DNA of 64,000 nt from Mobula hypostoma (Eukaryota). Of the stretch, positions 13,691-26,523 are shown in pieces. The stretch is taken from the NCBI RefSeq assembly GCF_963921235.1, contig NC_086097.1:97652001-97716000 (forward strand), in the 5' to 3' direction. Every line of letters starts with the position of its first letter. The stretch's first letter is position 1. The translations under genes were made by a program, and so were the position numbers. The notes beneath the pieces are model-generated. The model was not told where the DNA came from and searched no databases. It saw only the letters and a list, made by a program, of their open reading frames with translations.

Positions 13691-15281
13691 TCAGGCTGAC
13701 ATTTGGTCAGGAATGTGGAATTTCAGGTATCGGTTAGAATTGGTATTGTGGTACTTGGAACATGGGCAGCTGAGAGGAGATTTGGGAGAGGTGTTACAAG
13801 GTTGTGATGGTATAGATAGGATACATTGAAATGATCTGTTGGTGTTAGTGGATAGTTTGAGAACCAAATAACTGAAACAAAGCATAAAACATAATCATGT
13901 TTTTAAAAAGAGACAGAATGGCTGTGATCTTGAATTCACTGACTGTTAAGGTAGGGAAATTGATTACATCAGGCACATCAGGGAAAATAGTTTATCAGGC
14001 CACAGGGAAAGTATGGAAATCAGGGATAAATAAATTCACCATCCTCTGACTAAAGAAATTCCTCATCATCTCTGTTCTAAATGGACTTCCTTCTATTTTC
14101 AGGCTGTCCTAGACTCCCCCATTATAGGATACATCCTCTCCACTCTATCTAGGCCTTTCAATATTCATTAGGTTTGAATGAGATCTCTCTCTCGTTCTTC
14201 TAACTTTGCAGCCTCAGAACCTTCAAACGCTCCTCATATGTGAACCATTTCATTCCTGGGATCATTTTAACATATATAACATTTAAAATAATTTATCAAC
14301 TTTTAATAAAAAGGGAAAAAACAAACTGATGGAAATGGCATTATTTCACTTTACTAGATCAATTGAAGTCATTAAAACGGGTTACATATAGGCAAGGCTA
14401 GGTTGGATCTTTGCATATACTCTTTCCCCAGAGTTTTGTCGGCCTGTAGTAGAAGTCACATGCTTGTGTGGTGACCACTGACTTTCTGTATGTATTGGAG
14501 AGTTCGAAGACCTTTCAGCTGGGTCACAACTCACATCATTATCAAGGGTGATTCCTAATACATCTTCCCTTTGATAGATATTGGAAGGATTTCTCTGCTG
14601 GTGCTTGTGTTGGGATAAGGGAATCAGTTTGGGTGCATTGTTATTCTGAGGATGAGATTAGACTTTGTTACTGAGAATATTGTCTAATTTTTGGCAACTG
14701 GAGAGTGTTAGAGGATCAAGAGCTGCGGTTCCTTAATTTATAGCAATATGGTATAATTCTCTTTGAACAGAGCCTCTTTGTTCCATCTGCAGAGCTTACT
14801 TCACACAACTTTCCTATTATTTGAATATCCATCTTGCAGGAGCTAGTCATTTTGCATTGTCCTGATTGAGTACAATGACATTGTTCCGTATTTGACATAT
14901 TTGCTCCTCTCTTCCTAAGATAGCGCTGGCAATACATGACAACGTTGTTGTGAGCATTTCACAAAACTACTAGATATACTTCTGTACTATGATTGCTGCA
15001 ATCCACAACCCATAATTCCCTTTAAGAAATGTACTTTTGAACTGTCTAAACAAAGTAGCCATCTTACAGTCTCTTGAAGGATTCGGCAAACTTAGCTCTC
15101 AGGAATGAGGGTTCAGCACCTTGAAACAGATGAAACTCGGCCATTGCTGGAAGAAAGAGAGCCAGGGCGGTCTTTAAGCCAGATCAAAGCGTCGAAGTAT
15201 GAGGTTACTTCTCCCAAGCACTCTTCTGGCCAATGTGTAATCAATGGAGAACAAGATTAAAGACCTAAGCCAACATTGCTG

Positions 15282-16935
15282 TCATCATCATCAGGTGCTG
15301 TGCCCAGTTTGAGCTTTGACTGCCATGGCCCACACACTCCTGTTTCGGGTCAAGTGGATCAATTCATTGGTATTCATTTCCAATTCTCTGGCTGCTGTCT
15401 CCATCATCATTTGTCTTTGTCTTCCTCTTGTTTTCTTCCCTTCAATTTTTCCCATAACATCCTCGTTAGATATTTGTTTCATCCATGATATTGGCAGTTC
15501 ACTGTGCTCATGGATACTGGATTTTCTGAGTAACAGACCACAAAGTGTCAGGATGGGAGAACACACATCATCTATTCTCATCCTGAACACCGGTGCACCA
15601 CAGGGGTGTGTTCTCAGCCCCATCCTCTATTCTCTTTTCACCCATGACTGCTCTACCATTCACTCCACCAACACCATTGTCAAATTTGCTGACGATACCA
15701 CCCTGATAGGTATCATATCAGACTGTGATGAGACAGCCTATAGGGAGGAGGTACAGCATTTGACAGAATGGTGTTGTCATAATATCCTGGAGTTGAACAT
15801 CACAAAAACCAAGGAGCTGATAGTAGACTTCAGGAAATCAAAGCACATCGAGCACTCTGCTCTGCACACATACGGGAAAGAGGTGGAGAGAGTAGAGAGT
15901 GTCAAGTTCCATGGCGTCCACATCTCGGCTGACCTCACCTGGACTGCCCATATCTCTTATCAGGTGGGGAAGGCCCAACAGAGGCTCTACTTCCTAAGGA
16001 AGCTAAAGCACGCTCTCCTCTCTCATCACCTGCTGATCAACTTCTATCGGACAACTATAGAGAGCCTCCTGACGTATTGCTGTGCAGTGTGGTTTGCCAG
16101 CTGCACAGAACAGAACAGGAAGGACTTGCAGCGGGTGGTGAGGGTAGCAGAGCGGGTTATTGGCACAACATTACCCTCCCTCAGAGACATTTATACTGGC
16201 AGACTTCAAAAGAAGGCTACTTGTATTTCGAAGGATCCCACTCATCCTAGACATCACCTGTTTCCCCCTCCACCTTCTGGGAAGAGATACAGAGCATTAA
16301 GGATGAAAACAAAGAGACTCCTTAACAGCTTCTACCCACAAGCAGTGAAATGTATAACACCCCCTTCCCTTCTCCTGCCCCCCCTCATAAGACAGCGGCA
16401 GCTAAATGCATCACACTTCCAGGAATGGCAGATGTGCAATAGTCCTACCCCCCATCCATATATTATTAATTTTGGACTGCACTCCTGAGGTTTTAGAGTT
16501 TATTTTATGTATATATTCTTTGTCATGCTGCAAAACGTTGAGCTGCTAAACTGTCTTTCATTGCTCCACAACAATGACAATAAAGATATTCTTCTTCTTC
16601 TTCTTTGCATCGTGCTCAAAAACCACATCTCTGCTGCTACAATTCGTATCCTTGTGTTACTAGATATTGTCCAACATTCTGAGTCATATAACATCACTGG
16701 ATAAACGTAACATTTCAGTACTCTGAGGCGGGTTGTCATGCCTAGTTTAGTATATTGGTCAGTATACTCTTCATTCTCGTAAAGGTGTCTTTTGCCATCC
16801 CTATTCTTCTTTTGATGTCCAAGTCGCACCTGCCATCTGATGTCACCAGGCTTCCTAAGTAGCAAAAGTTCTTTACTTGTTTTATGCCTTCCCCATTTAT
16901 TCTCAGCCTGCAGATGGGAAATGAGGGATTCCTGT
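15282..16935 (-). mobile_element. RTE-clade LINE 3' fragment split by a Rex/Babar insertion (RTE parts 15282-15492 and 16603-16935)
   Basis: [84 protein letters not shown]; (TGA)n tail. Confidence 0.85.
15493..16602 (+). mobile_element. Young 5'-truncated Rex1/Babar-type LINE with uninterrupted RT C-terminal ORF
   Basis: Open frame from 15493 to 16488 ([51 protein letters not shown]); AATAAA followed by (CTT)n tail. Confidence 0.92.
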
Positions 16936-18790
16936 ATTCTGTTCCACTGGGATGTGGCTCACTCCGGACCCAGCACTGCAGCCCAGGTGTTCTCAATCCA
17001 CTGGATGGACTGAACTATAGATTCAAAGGCGGCAATAATTGAAGGACTGTATTTTGTGACAAACTCTTCATGGTGCTTGGACTAGCAGTCTTGTCGCAAT
17101 CTTGTTGCAATCTTGTTCTCTTGACTTAGAACATCTAATGATTTAAGTATCATTCTATTTACCAAGAGAGTTCTGCATCGTGATCCTGACTGCAGTTTAC
17201 ATACAGTTCACAAAGGCAGAGGTTAAGCAAGCTCTTGATATATTGAATGCCATGGTTAGCATACAACCAACAGCCAACGCTGATGCCTTTCCCAGTACTT
17301 CAATCAGACTTACTTGAAGAAATCACTGTCCTGTACCATCAGCACATCACTTGCAGAGCCAGGGGTCCCAACACACTCAACCACTCCTACACTACCATGA
17401 AGAATGCCTAGCATTCCATCCGTAGGCCGCACTTTGGGAAATCCAATAACCTGGCTGTCCTCCTACCTGTGTAAAGGCAGAAGCTAGAAAGCAAGACACC
17501 AGAGGGAAGGACAACAAAGCGGTAGACATGGGAGGCAGAGGAGTGGCTATGGGATTATTTGGAGTCTGTATCTGGCCACATTCAGAGGACTTGAATTAAT
17601 ATGCAATGAATGCTATGGTCTTTATAAAGGCATCCATGGACAGGTGTGTACCCATGAAATCATTCAGTCTTTTCCAACCAGAAACCATGTATGAACCAAG
17701 AGATCCACAATCTACTGAGAGCTAGATCAGTAAGGTTCAGGACTGGTGACCTGGTAAAATCCGAGAGGTCCAGGAATGCTCTCCGGAAAGCCATCTCACA
17801 TGCAAAGTGGCTATTCTGGACTAAATATGAAACACAGATGCCTGATAACTGGCAGGGCTTGAACTCTATCACCTCCTGAAAAAGCAAAGCCATCAAGGTT
17901 CGATCCCAGATGAGCTGAATGCCTTTTATGTTCACTTTAACTGACAAAACATCAAGGAACTTTCATGAACTCCCACAGCACTGACGACCCTGTGATTTCA
18001 GTCTCTGAGACCTACCTGAAAGCATCCTTCAGGAGGGTGAACCCACGGAAAGTATCTGGCCCAGACGGTGTACCTGGTTGAGTACTTAAGTCCTGTGTAA
18101 TCAACTAACATCTTTTACCTCTTGCTTTCACAATCTGAGGTCCCCCTGCTTCAAGCAAGCTTCAATCACACCAGTGCCCAAGAAGGAAGTAGTAGCCTTG
18201 CCTCAATGACTGTCATCCAGTTGCACTTGCATCCACTGTGACGAAGTGCTTTGAAACATACCAACTCCTGCCCGAGAAGTGACTTGGATCTCCTCCAAAT
18301 TACCTACCTTCACCACAGGTCAACAGCAGAGGCCATTTCATTGGCTCTCCACTCGACCCTAGAACATCTGGACAGTGAAGATACATACATCAGGATGCTC
18401 TTCATTGATTACAGCTCAATATTCAACACCATCATCCTCTAAGACCTAGGCCCTGATACTTCCTTATACAACAGGATCCTCAATTTCCTCACTTACAGAC
18501 CCCAGTCAGTTTGGATTGGCAACAACATCTCTTCCACAGTCACCTTCATCACAGATGCACCACAAAGCTGTGTGCTTAGCCCCCTGCTCTTCTCACTTTA
18601 CACTTATGACTGTGAAGCTAAGAATAGATCTAACACTATATTTAAGCTTGCTGCTGACGCCGCCACAGTTGTTGTCCAAATCAAAGCTGGTGACAATTTG
18701 GTACATTGGAGGGAGATTGAAAATCTTGTTGAGTGCCACAACAACAACCTCACACTCAATATCAGCAAATCCAAAGAACTGATTATTGAC

Positions 18791-20242
18791 TCAACGTATA
18801 AAAAATGCTGGAGGAACTCAGCAGAACAGCTGGCTGGTGTGTTTATGGACATTTCTAATCTCTCCCTCCCCCAGTGTGTAGTGTCCTCCTGTTTCAAATT
18901 GTCCATTATTGTCCCTGTACCTAAGAAAACCAAGGTAGCATGCCTGAACGATTGGCGTCCTGTCGCACTCACCTCAATTATAAGCAAGTGCTTTGAGAGG
19001 CTGGTTATAAACTTCATTTGCAGCTTGCTACCACCCACACTTGACCCCCTACCGATGGAACCAGTCTACTGATGATGCCATAGCCACAGCACTACACACC
19101 GTCCTCACTCACCTGGAGAAGGGGGATGCATTCGTTAGAATGCTGTTCCTGGACTGCAGCTCAGCATTCAACACTATAATTCCCTCTAGACTCGACAGGA
19201 AGCTCAGAGACCTCAGACTGCACCCCGCCTTGTGCAGCTGGATCCTAGACTTCCTGTTGGATTTCCAACAGGTGATAAGGATGGGCTCCCTCACCTCTGC
19301 CCGTCTGACCCTCAACACAGTTGCCCCCCAGGGTTGTGTCCTGAGTCCCCTTCTCTACTCCCTTTACACCCACTGCCACACACAGCTCCAATCTGCTGAT
19401 CAAGTTCACAGATGACATGACTTTGATTGGGCTTATTTCTAGTGGTGATGAGACAGCCTACAGAGGAAAGTTTGACACCCTGACACAGTGGTGCCAGGAT
19501 AACAACCTCTCCCTCAATGTCCAAAAAACAAAAGAGCTGATTGTGGATTATGGGAGGAGCAGAGACAGGCTCGGCCTGATCAATATCAATGGGTCTGCAG
19601 TTGAGAGAGTGAGTAGTTTCAAGTTCCTCGGTGTACACATCACCAGTGATCTCACCTGGACTATACACACCGGCTTTGTGGCAAAAAAATTGTCTCTTCC
19701 ACCTCAAACGACTGAAGAAGTTTGGCATGGGCCCCCAAATCCTCAAGACATTCTACAGAGGCACCACTGAGAGCATATTGACTGGCTGTATCACCGCCTG
19801 GTATGGGAACTGCACCAACCTTGATCGCTGAGCACTGCAGAGAGTGGTATGGACAGCCCAGTGCATCTGTGGATGTGAACTTCCCTCCACTGAGAACATT
19901 TATAACAGCAGGTGCAGGAAGAGGGCCTGGAAGATCATCGGGGACACCAGTCACCCCATAATAAACTGTTTCAGCTGCTTCCTTCTGACAAACACTACCG
20001 CAGCATTAAAGCCAGAACCGACAGGCTAGGGGACAGCTTCTTTCTACAAGCTATTAGACTTTTAAATTCACTTGTCTGTACATTGCAACAGAATCATAAC
20101 ATGAAGAGTTTTACTCCCTCACGTTGTGGGATGTAAGATTTAAATAAATTCTAAATTCATCTATGAAAAAGAGTACAGTCGACCTTTCGAGCCGAACCCC
20201 TTCGGCAGGATTTCCAGCACCTGCAGATTTTCTCTTGTTTGT
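18791..20242. mobile_element. Penelope-derived mini insertion (~120 bp own sequence) with 15-bp TSD, split by LINE B
   Basis: TSD GAACTGATTATTGAC at 18776-18790 and 20243-20257; element pieces 18791-18824 and ~20158-20242 match the hammerhead-bearing repeat found elsewhere in the window. Confidence 0.8.
18825..20158 (+). mobile_element. Rex1/Babar-type LINE (B), 5'-truncated
   Basis: [72 protein letters not shown]; tail aataaattctaaattc. Confidence 0.88.
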
Positions 20243-21403
20243 GAACTGATTATTGACAACAGGAGGAAGAAGTCAGAGGTCCATGAGCCAGTGCTCATTC
20301 GGGGATCAGAGGTGGAGAGGGTCAGTAACTTTAAATTCCTGGGTGTTATCGGAGGATCTGTCCTAGAATGAGCTTGTAAGTGCCAATTCAAAGAAGACTC
20401 GGCACTGCCTCGTCTTTCATAAAGGTTTGCAAAGATTCAGCATGTCATTTGAAACTGACAATTTTTTATACAGTGGAGTGTATCCTGACTGTTACATAAT
20501 GGTCAGGTATGGAAACACCAATGCCCGAGAACAGAAAGCCTACAGAAAGTGTTGGACACAGCTCAGTTCATCACAGGAAAAGCCTTCCCCACATTTGAGC
20601 ACACTTACAAAGAGCATTGCCACAAGAGAGCAGCGTCTGTCATCAAGGACCTCCACCATCCAGGCCATGCTCTCTTCTTGCTACTGCCATAGGGAAAAAG
20701 GCACAGGAGCCTGAGGTCGCACACCACCAGGTTCAGGAACAGTTATTACCCTTCAACCTTAGGTTCCTGAACCAGCATGGAGAACTTCACTCACCACAAC
20801 ACTGAACACAATCTCTGGATTCACTTTCAAGGACTCCACAGATCATGTTCTCATTTATTATTGTTTGCTTTTGTTTTCCCTCATTGTTTCCTTGTCAGTC
20901 TTTGTGTGCAGGTTTTATTGATTTTGTTGTTTTTTTTGTTCTGATGTGAATGCCTGCAAGAAAATCAATTTCAGGGTGATATCTGGTGATGTATCATATA
21001 TGTACTTTGGTAGTACGTTTACTATCGAACTTTGCCTCAGTAATAATGTCGTGAAATCCTCAGTATAATAATGTGCCCAGACTGATTCCCTGTTTATTTA
21101 CATATAAGTGCAGTTGTTAATATATTATTTATATCAAGACATGGCCATCTGAATGAATAATTTGATTAGTTGTCATGTTACAAGCAGTTTTGCTCCTTCT
21201 TGCTTATTTACCATTCTGGTGCATCATGTGTCAATCCCTTCTATCCCTTCGCTTGGCATACTACCTCATTTTTTTTCATTCAACAATATGTGTTTCCTGT
21301 TTGCTCTGTTTAAATGGAATCTTAAATATGAGTAGCAGGTGTCCTGTGGTTTTTCATGATGGTGATTTAACTGAATTAATGCCTTTTTGTTTTGGTCTTC
21401 TAG

Positions 21404-21446
21404 CTTTATGTGGTATCGCAATTTAAGATACTGATTTCACTCTTGG
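21404..21446 (+). CDS. VPS39: VPS39 internal coding exon (43 bp)
   Basis: ttctag|CTT..TTG G|gtaagt; LYVVSQFKILISLL vs human VPS39 IHVVSQFKILVSLL (recalled); phase joins the next exon. Confidence 0.93.
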
Positions 21447-22399
21447 GTAAGTAAAAAAATTAAAAGCTTATGTTTTACCTTTGAATCAAAGTCTGATTTT
21501 AAGAGAATTAAGCTGTTTGTAGGTTAACTGTTGTACATGAAATAAAATGGATGGGTGATTAAATTTATAAAAGAAAATTAATCATGTACATAACAATTCA
21601 TTTGCTTCATTATCTTGATTGGTGTTACCTGTAGATTTTATTCTGTTGTCATAATCATCGTCACAAAATTTGCACCAAAATGTCTCTGGATGATTGCTTA
21701 CAGTATCTCAAGCTGTCAGTGAGTTATCCCCATACAAATTACTTTCCACAGAAGATCATGTCTTTTGCTAAGTAGATGTTAAGGAATAAATAAAGCAAAC
21801 TGAGAAATCAGAACACTAAAAAAATAGCCCCGTGTCCATTAAGGGAATAGGTATTTTAGCTTTCATTCAGGTGACAAGGTTAAACCGGGTAGACTATAAT
21901 TTCAGCTTGCACTCAAATCTGAAGCAAAATACGAGAAGATACTGAGATGCAGAAAATGTGATGTTTACCTTACTCAGGTTCATCACCAAAGACAGGAGGA
22001 GGCCCATCGTGTCTGAACAATCCTGTGTTGAGTGCTCAGCTGCATCTCATTTCCACATTTCTTTCTCGGAGGCTGGGTTCCCTAGTCCTTGAACCATCTG
22101 CTACATTTATCCATTGTGAATTTGTATACCCCTATCAAATGTCTGCTTAACCTCCATTTTTGCTAGGAGAGCAGTCTGACCTTGTATCTGAAAACCTTCA
22201 TCATGCCCAGATCTTTCCAAGAACTAGCCTTTGCCCCACTCTCTAAGACCTTGCATTTTCTTTCCTTACAAGTTCTCTATGAACCCCAGAACAGAATAGC
22301 TACAAATAACATTATTTCTTTATTTAATTACAGTAAAAACAATTCTCATCAATAATTTTAGAATGTACATTAGTAGTCCATCTATTCACTATTTTATTG

Positions 22400-23765
22400 C
22401 TTTTTGAGCTTCCAGAGAGACAGCTGGGCTTGGTGCAGTGATACCAGCTTCTCGATATCATCATGAATGTCACTCAGATCCCCACATTCAGTAATTTGCA
22501 GTCTGTTCTGTTGCTTTGAAAGAAGTTAGGCAACTGCACTGAAACTGCTATCCTAAATATAATGTTAGAAAGGCAATAAAGAACATCTTGTATTTTTCCA
22601 CAGTACAGGATAGATTACGGAGATTTATTTCTGCAATCAAACGTCTTGATATGATTTTTTTGAATCTCGCCTTCAGCTCAAATTCATTTTTAGTGAGATC
22701 AGTTCTTCTTCCATCCTTTGTGTTAATTCCTCATAAGTATGTAGGAATGGATTTATTACCCAATCTGGAATTTCGATCAAGAGAAAATCCTAAAATCTCT
22801 CTGACATTTCTTTAGGCATCTTCCCACATGGTCACAGTGTACTTCAAGATCATCTTCTGACATTCTTTCTTTCTCTTTCAACTCAGAGAGGCTCAGAAAT
22901 TGGAAAAGGACGAAATGGCCAGTGTTGTATTTAAATAGGGTTAACTTGGACAGAAACGTGGAGACGACTGATTTGACTTTGATAAAATTCACATCATTTC
23001 CTTGCAGAAGATTAAACTTTGCAAATAATTCTGACAAATAAGCAATGTTATGCCTAATATCCTTGTTGATTACTGAATGAAGCATTTGAGTCTTCAAGGA
23101 ATTTTATCACAGTTTCCAAAAGCACATAAAAGTGTCCCAGGCGGTTTCCTTTTGAGTGCCACCTGACATCTGTGTGCAACAGCAAGCATTCAAACTGTTC
23201 ATCATTCTCAATACAAAGCTCTTGAAATAGTCGAAAATTGAGAGCATGGGGCTTGATTTTATTTACTGCTGTGATAACAGTATTTAATGATTTGTGCAGC
23301 TGATCATTTAGGATATTTTGCAACAAGATGACAATGAATTGCATATTTACAGTTAATGGTAAATATGTTAGGTACAGCTTTTTTCAAGAAAGTAATTACC
23401 CATTGGTGGCGTCCTGTCTTTGATGGTGCCCCATCTGTTACACAATCGAGAATGTTGATGAGCAGAATGTTCTCCTTGAAAAATTGCTCAACAACCCAAA
23501 CTATTGACTCCCGTCTTCCTACCTGTTTCAAATCAACTCACAAAAAAACTCCTGAAAAATGGCTTCATATTTTATGAAGAAAACATAACCAAGAAGCAAA
23601 GATTCATTGCCTGACAAAGTTGACTTACCCAACTGTGGAACAAATTCTGTTCTCCTAAGTATGTTGCACAATATGTCTTCCACATCCTCACCACATCCTC
23701 AGACTTCAAAACAGAGTTGTCTCTGCGGAATTGCTTTCATTATTTGGTCTAGTGACTTGTGCAAA
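22400..23765 (-). mobile_element. hAT (Buster/ZBED5-like) transposase remnant
   Basis: DCVTDGAPSKTGRH; AVNKIKPHALNFRLFQELCIENDEQFECLLLHTDVRWHSKGNRL; IAYLSELFAKFNLLQG; multiple frameshifts. Confidence 0.85.
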
Positions 23766-23769
23766 ACCA

Positions 23770-24600
23770 TACCCAGAATCTCCCTTCCTGCTGGCAGAAT
23801 CAGTCTATAATGTTTCCAGGAGTATTCTTCTTTCCCTTCTTGAATAATCGGACAACATTAGCTACTCACCAATCTCCAGAACATCAGCTGTGTCATAAAT
23901 ATATCAGTCAAGGCCTCAGCATTCTCTTGCCTATCTCAGTAACCTAGGATATATCCCATCAGGCCCTGGGGACTAATCGATCTTAATACTCTTTACGAGA
24001 TCCAACACTACCTTGTCCTTTACCTCAAAATTCCCTACAATATCATTATATTCAGCACTGATCTCCATATCCTCCACATCCTTCTCATTGGTAAATACTG
24101 ATGTAAAGTACCCATTAAGGTCCTCACCCACATCCTCTGCATCCAAGCAAGTGTTTCCCCCTTTATCCTTGAGTGGTCCTACCCTCTCCCTAGTTATCCT
24201 ACTTGAGTGGTCCTACCCTCTCCCTGGTTATCCTACTTGCCAAGGACCTTTCATGACCCTCCCTGGCTTTCCTAATCCCATTCTTGAGTTTCTTGTTCTG
24301 GCTTCTTTATAATCCTTAAGGGCTGTGTTTGATTCTATCTTCCTGAGCTTTACATACTTTTCTTATTCTTCTTGACTAAATTCATTATCTCTCTCAACAT
24401 CTGAGGTTCTCTTACTTTGCCATCTTTGTCCTTGCTTCTGTCTTATACTTTGTGCAGTTGGTCTTTAAACATTTTCCACAAATCAGATATGAACTTGCCC
24501 AAAAGCAGCTGTTTCCAACTAACTCCCTAATTCATGCCTAATGTTTTCCTAATTTGTCCTGCTCCAATTTGATACTCTCCCATGAGGTCCTTTCTCAACC
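23770..24600 (-). mobile_element. Degenerate CR1 LINE internal fragment
   Basis: Resembles the revcomp of the CR1 ORF2 linker at 62600-63300 (e.g. atcccatcaggccctggggact vs aaatccccagggcctgac). Confidence 0.6.
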
Positions 24601-25519
24601 TTCCCCTTGAAGTCCAGTACCATCCTCCTCACAGTTTACTGTGTTTTGGAGTTTTGTGTTGTCTGCAGATTTGACAATTGTGCCCTGTCTCCCACATTCA
24701 AATCATTAATATAAAGACGAGCAGTGGGCTTAGTACCCACTGCAGGGCCACGCCACTAGGCACTTCCATCTAGTCTAACAAATAGAGTAGTCATGCACAG
24801 TTGCTTCATGTCACTTAGCCAATGTTCTAAGCTGCAGCCTCTTTTAGTCCATAGTTCAGTCTTAATGACAAATCTGTCTTGCAGTATCTTATTACAAGTG
24901 TTTTGAAAATTCAGTTAACATCGCAGTAAGTGCACTTTCTTCATTAATCTGATCTACTTCCTCATAAAGAGGCTACACAAGTAGTCCCCTCTTCATTCCC
25001 AGAATAGTCTATAAGTTAATTGTCTATATTTTCTCTAGCATCTTTGTTTCCTTTCTGAATGAATGGAGTACCATATTTGTAGCCAAATATGCTTTACAAA
25101 GGTTCCAGCATCATTTTTTGCCCCTTTGTTTCCACCTATGAAGTCCAGTATACTTTGTGCATTATTAACTGCACTTTCAACGTGTCTGGCTATTGCCAAG
25201 ATCACTCTATACCCCCTTTAATGTAGTGCTCTATAGTTTGCATTTTCTCCTCCTTTCTGCCAAAGAAATGAAATCCTTAAATTTATGAGTAATTGAAAAT
25301 AATAAACTCAGAAATCCTCAGCAGTGATGAATCATAAATTTTACAGCAAAAACTCACTGAAGATGGAAATCTGCTTAAATCACAGTAAGCTAGAAATGCT
25401 CAGCAGCTGATGAAAGGTTAACTGCTTCCCTTGCCATGAATACTGCCTGACTTGAGATCCTCCAGAATTTTCTGTCTTTGTGAGCTTTTTCTTCCCCTTG
25501 CTTTCCTGGAAACATTGGC

Positions 25520-26200
25520 TTTCAAAGTTCAAGGTAAACTTATTATCAAAGTACATATATGTCACCATATATTTATGGTGCCATAACAACGCCTCTTACT
25601 AAATGTCAGTAAGACCAAACAGCTAATTAACCCTGAGATTTATTTTCTTGTGGGCATGCTCAGTAAATCCATAATAGAATAATAACCATAACTGAATTGA
25701 TGGAAGACCGCACTAACTTGGGTGTTCAACCAGTATGCCAAAGACAACAAACTGTGCAAATACAAAAGAAAAAAAGAGTAATAAATAAACAATAGATATC
25801 AAGAACATGAGATGGAGTCCTTAAGCAACGATGGGCAAGTGAAGTTAAAGTTATCCCCTCAAGTTCAAGAGCCTGATGGAAGCTTGTCAAAGTTTTAGAT
25901 GACATGTCGAATCTTTGGAAACTCCTAAAGAAGGACTGAGGAATTTAAAGTTGCTGACCCTCTGCACCTCTGATGAGGAGTGGCTCATGGACCTCCTCCT
26001 GTAGTTAATAATTAGCTCTTTGGTCTTGCTGACATTGAGTAAGAAGTTGTTATAGCACCGCTCAGCCATATTTTCAATCTCCCTCCAATATTCTGATTCG
26101 TCATCACTTTTGATTTGGCCTACAATGGTAGTGCCGTCAGCAAACTTGAATATGACATTGGAGGTGTGCTTAGTCACACAGTCATAAGTATAAAGTGAGT
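25520..26200 (-). mobile_element. Rex1/Babar-type LINE fragment
   Basis: FKFADGTTIVGQIKSDDESEYWREIEN..LNVSKTKELII; 3' UTR revcomp with tttattatcaaagtac. Confidence 0.75.
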
Positions 26201-26241
26201 AAGGTAAGATTCAATTTTATATTTATTTCAGAAACCTCCTT

Positions 26242-26523
26242 GGGTGGCACGATAGCATAGTGGTTAGCGCAATGTTTTACAGTACCAGAGATGCAGGTTC
26301 AATTCCCGCCTCTGCCTTTAAGGACTTCGTACGTTCTCCCCGTGACTGCGTGGGTTTCCTCCAGGTGCTCTGGTTTCTTCCCAATATCCAAAGATGTACC
26401 AGTTCGTAGGGTATTTGGTCATTGTAAATTGTCCCATGATTAGGCTAGGATTAAATTAGGCGATTGCTGGGCGATGCGGTTCGAAGGGCCGAAAGGGCCT
26501 GTTCCGCATTGTATGTCAATAAT
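26242..26523 (+). mobile_element. tRNA-derived V-SINE (HE1-like)
   Basis: A box TAGCATAGTGG, B box GGTTCAATTCCC, V-domain-like GTTCTCCCCGTGACTGCGTGGGTTTCCTCCAGGTGCTCTGGTTTC, CR1-like 3' end gggccgaaagggcctgtt. Confidence 0.85.

Larger units (their letters stand above)
17270..21035 (+). mobile_element. Degenerate Rex1/Babar-type LINE (A), interrupted at 18791-20242
   Basis: [65 protein letters not shown]; resumes after duplicated GAACTGATTATTGAC at 20243. Confidence 0.8.

Noticed and set aside
15316..16488. 390-aa ORF as a host gene
   Set aside because: The N-terminal part is antisense RTE sequence; the rest is a truncated LINE RT
26242..26330. tRNA gene (also ~50386-50450)
   Set aside because: A/B boxes are followed by a V-domain and LINE-like tail; this is a SINE head without a convincing cloverleaf
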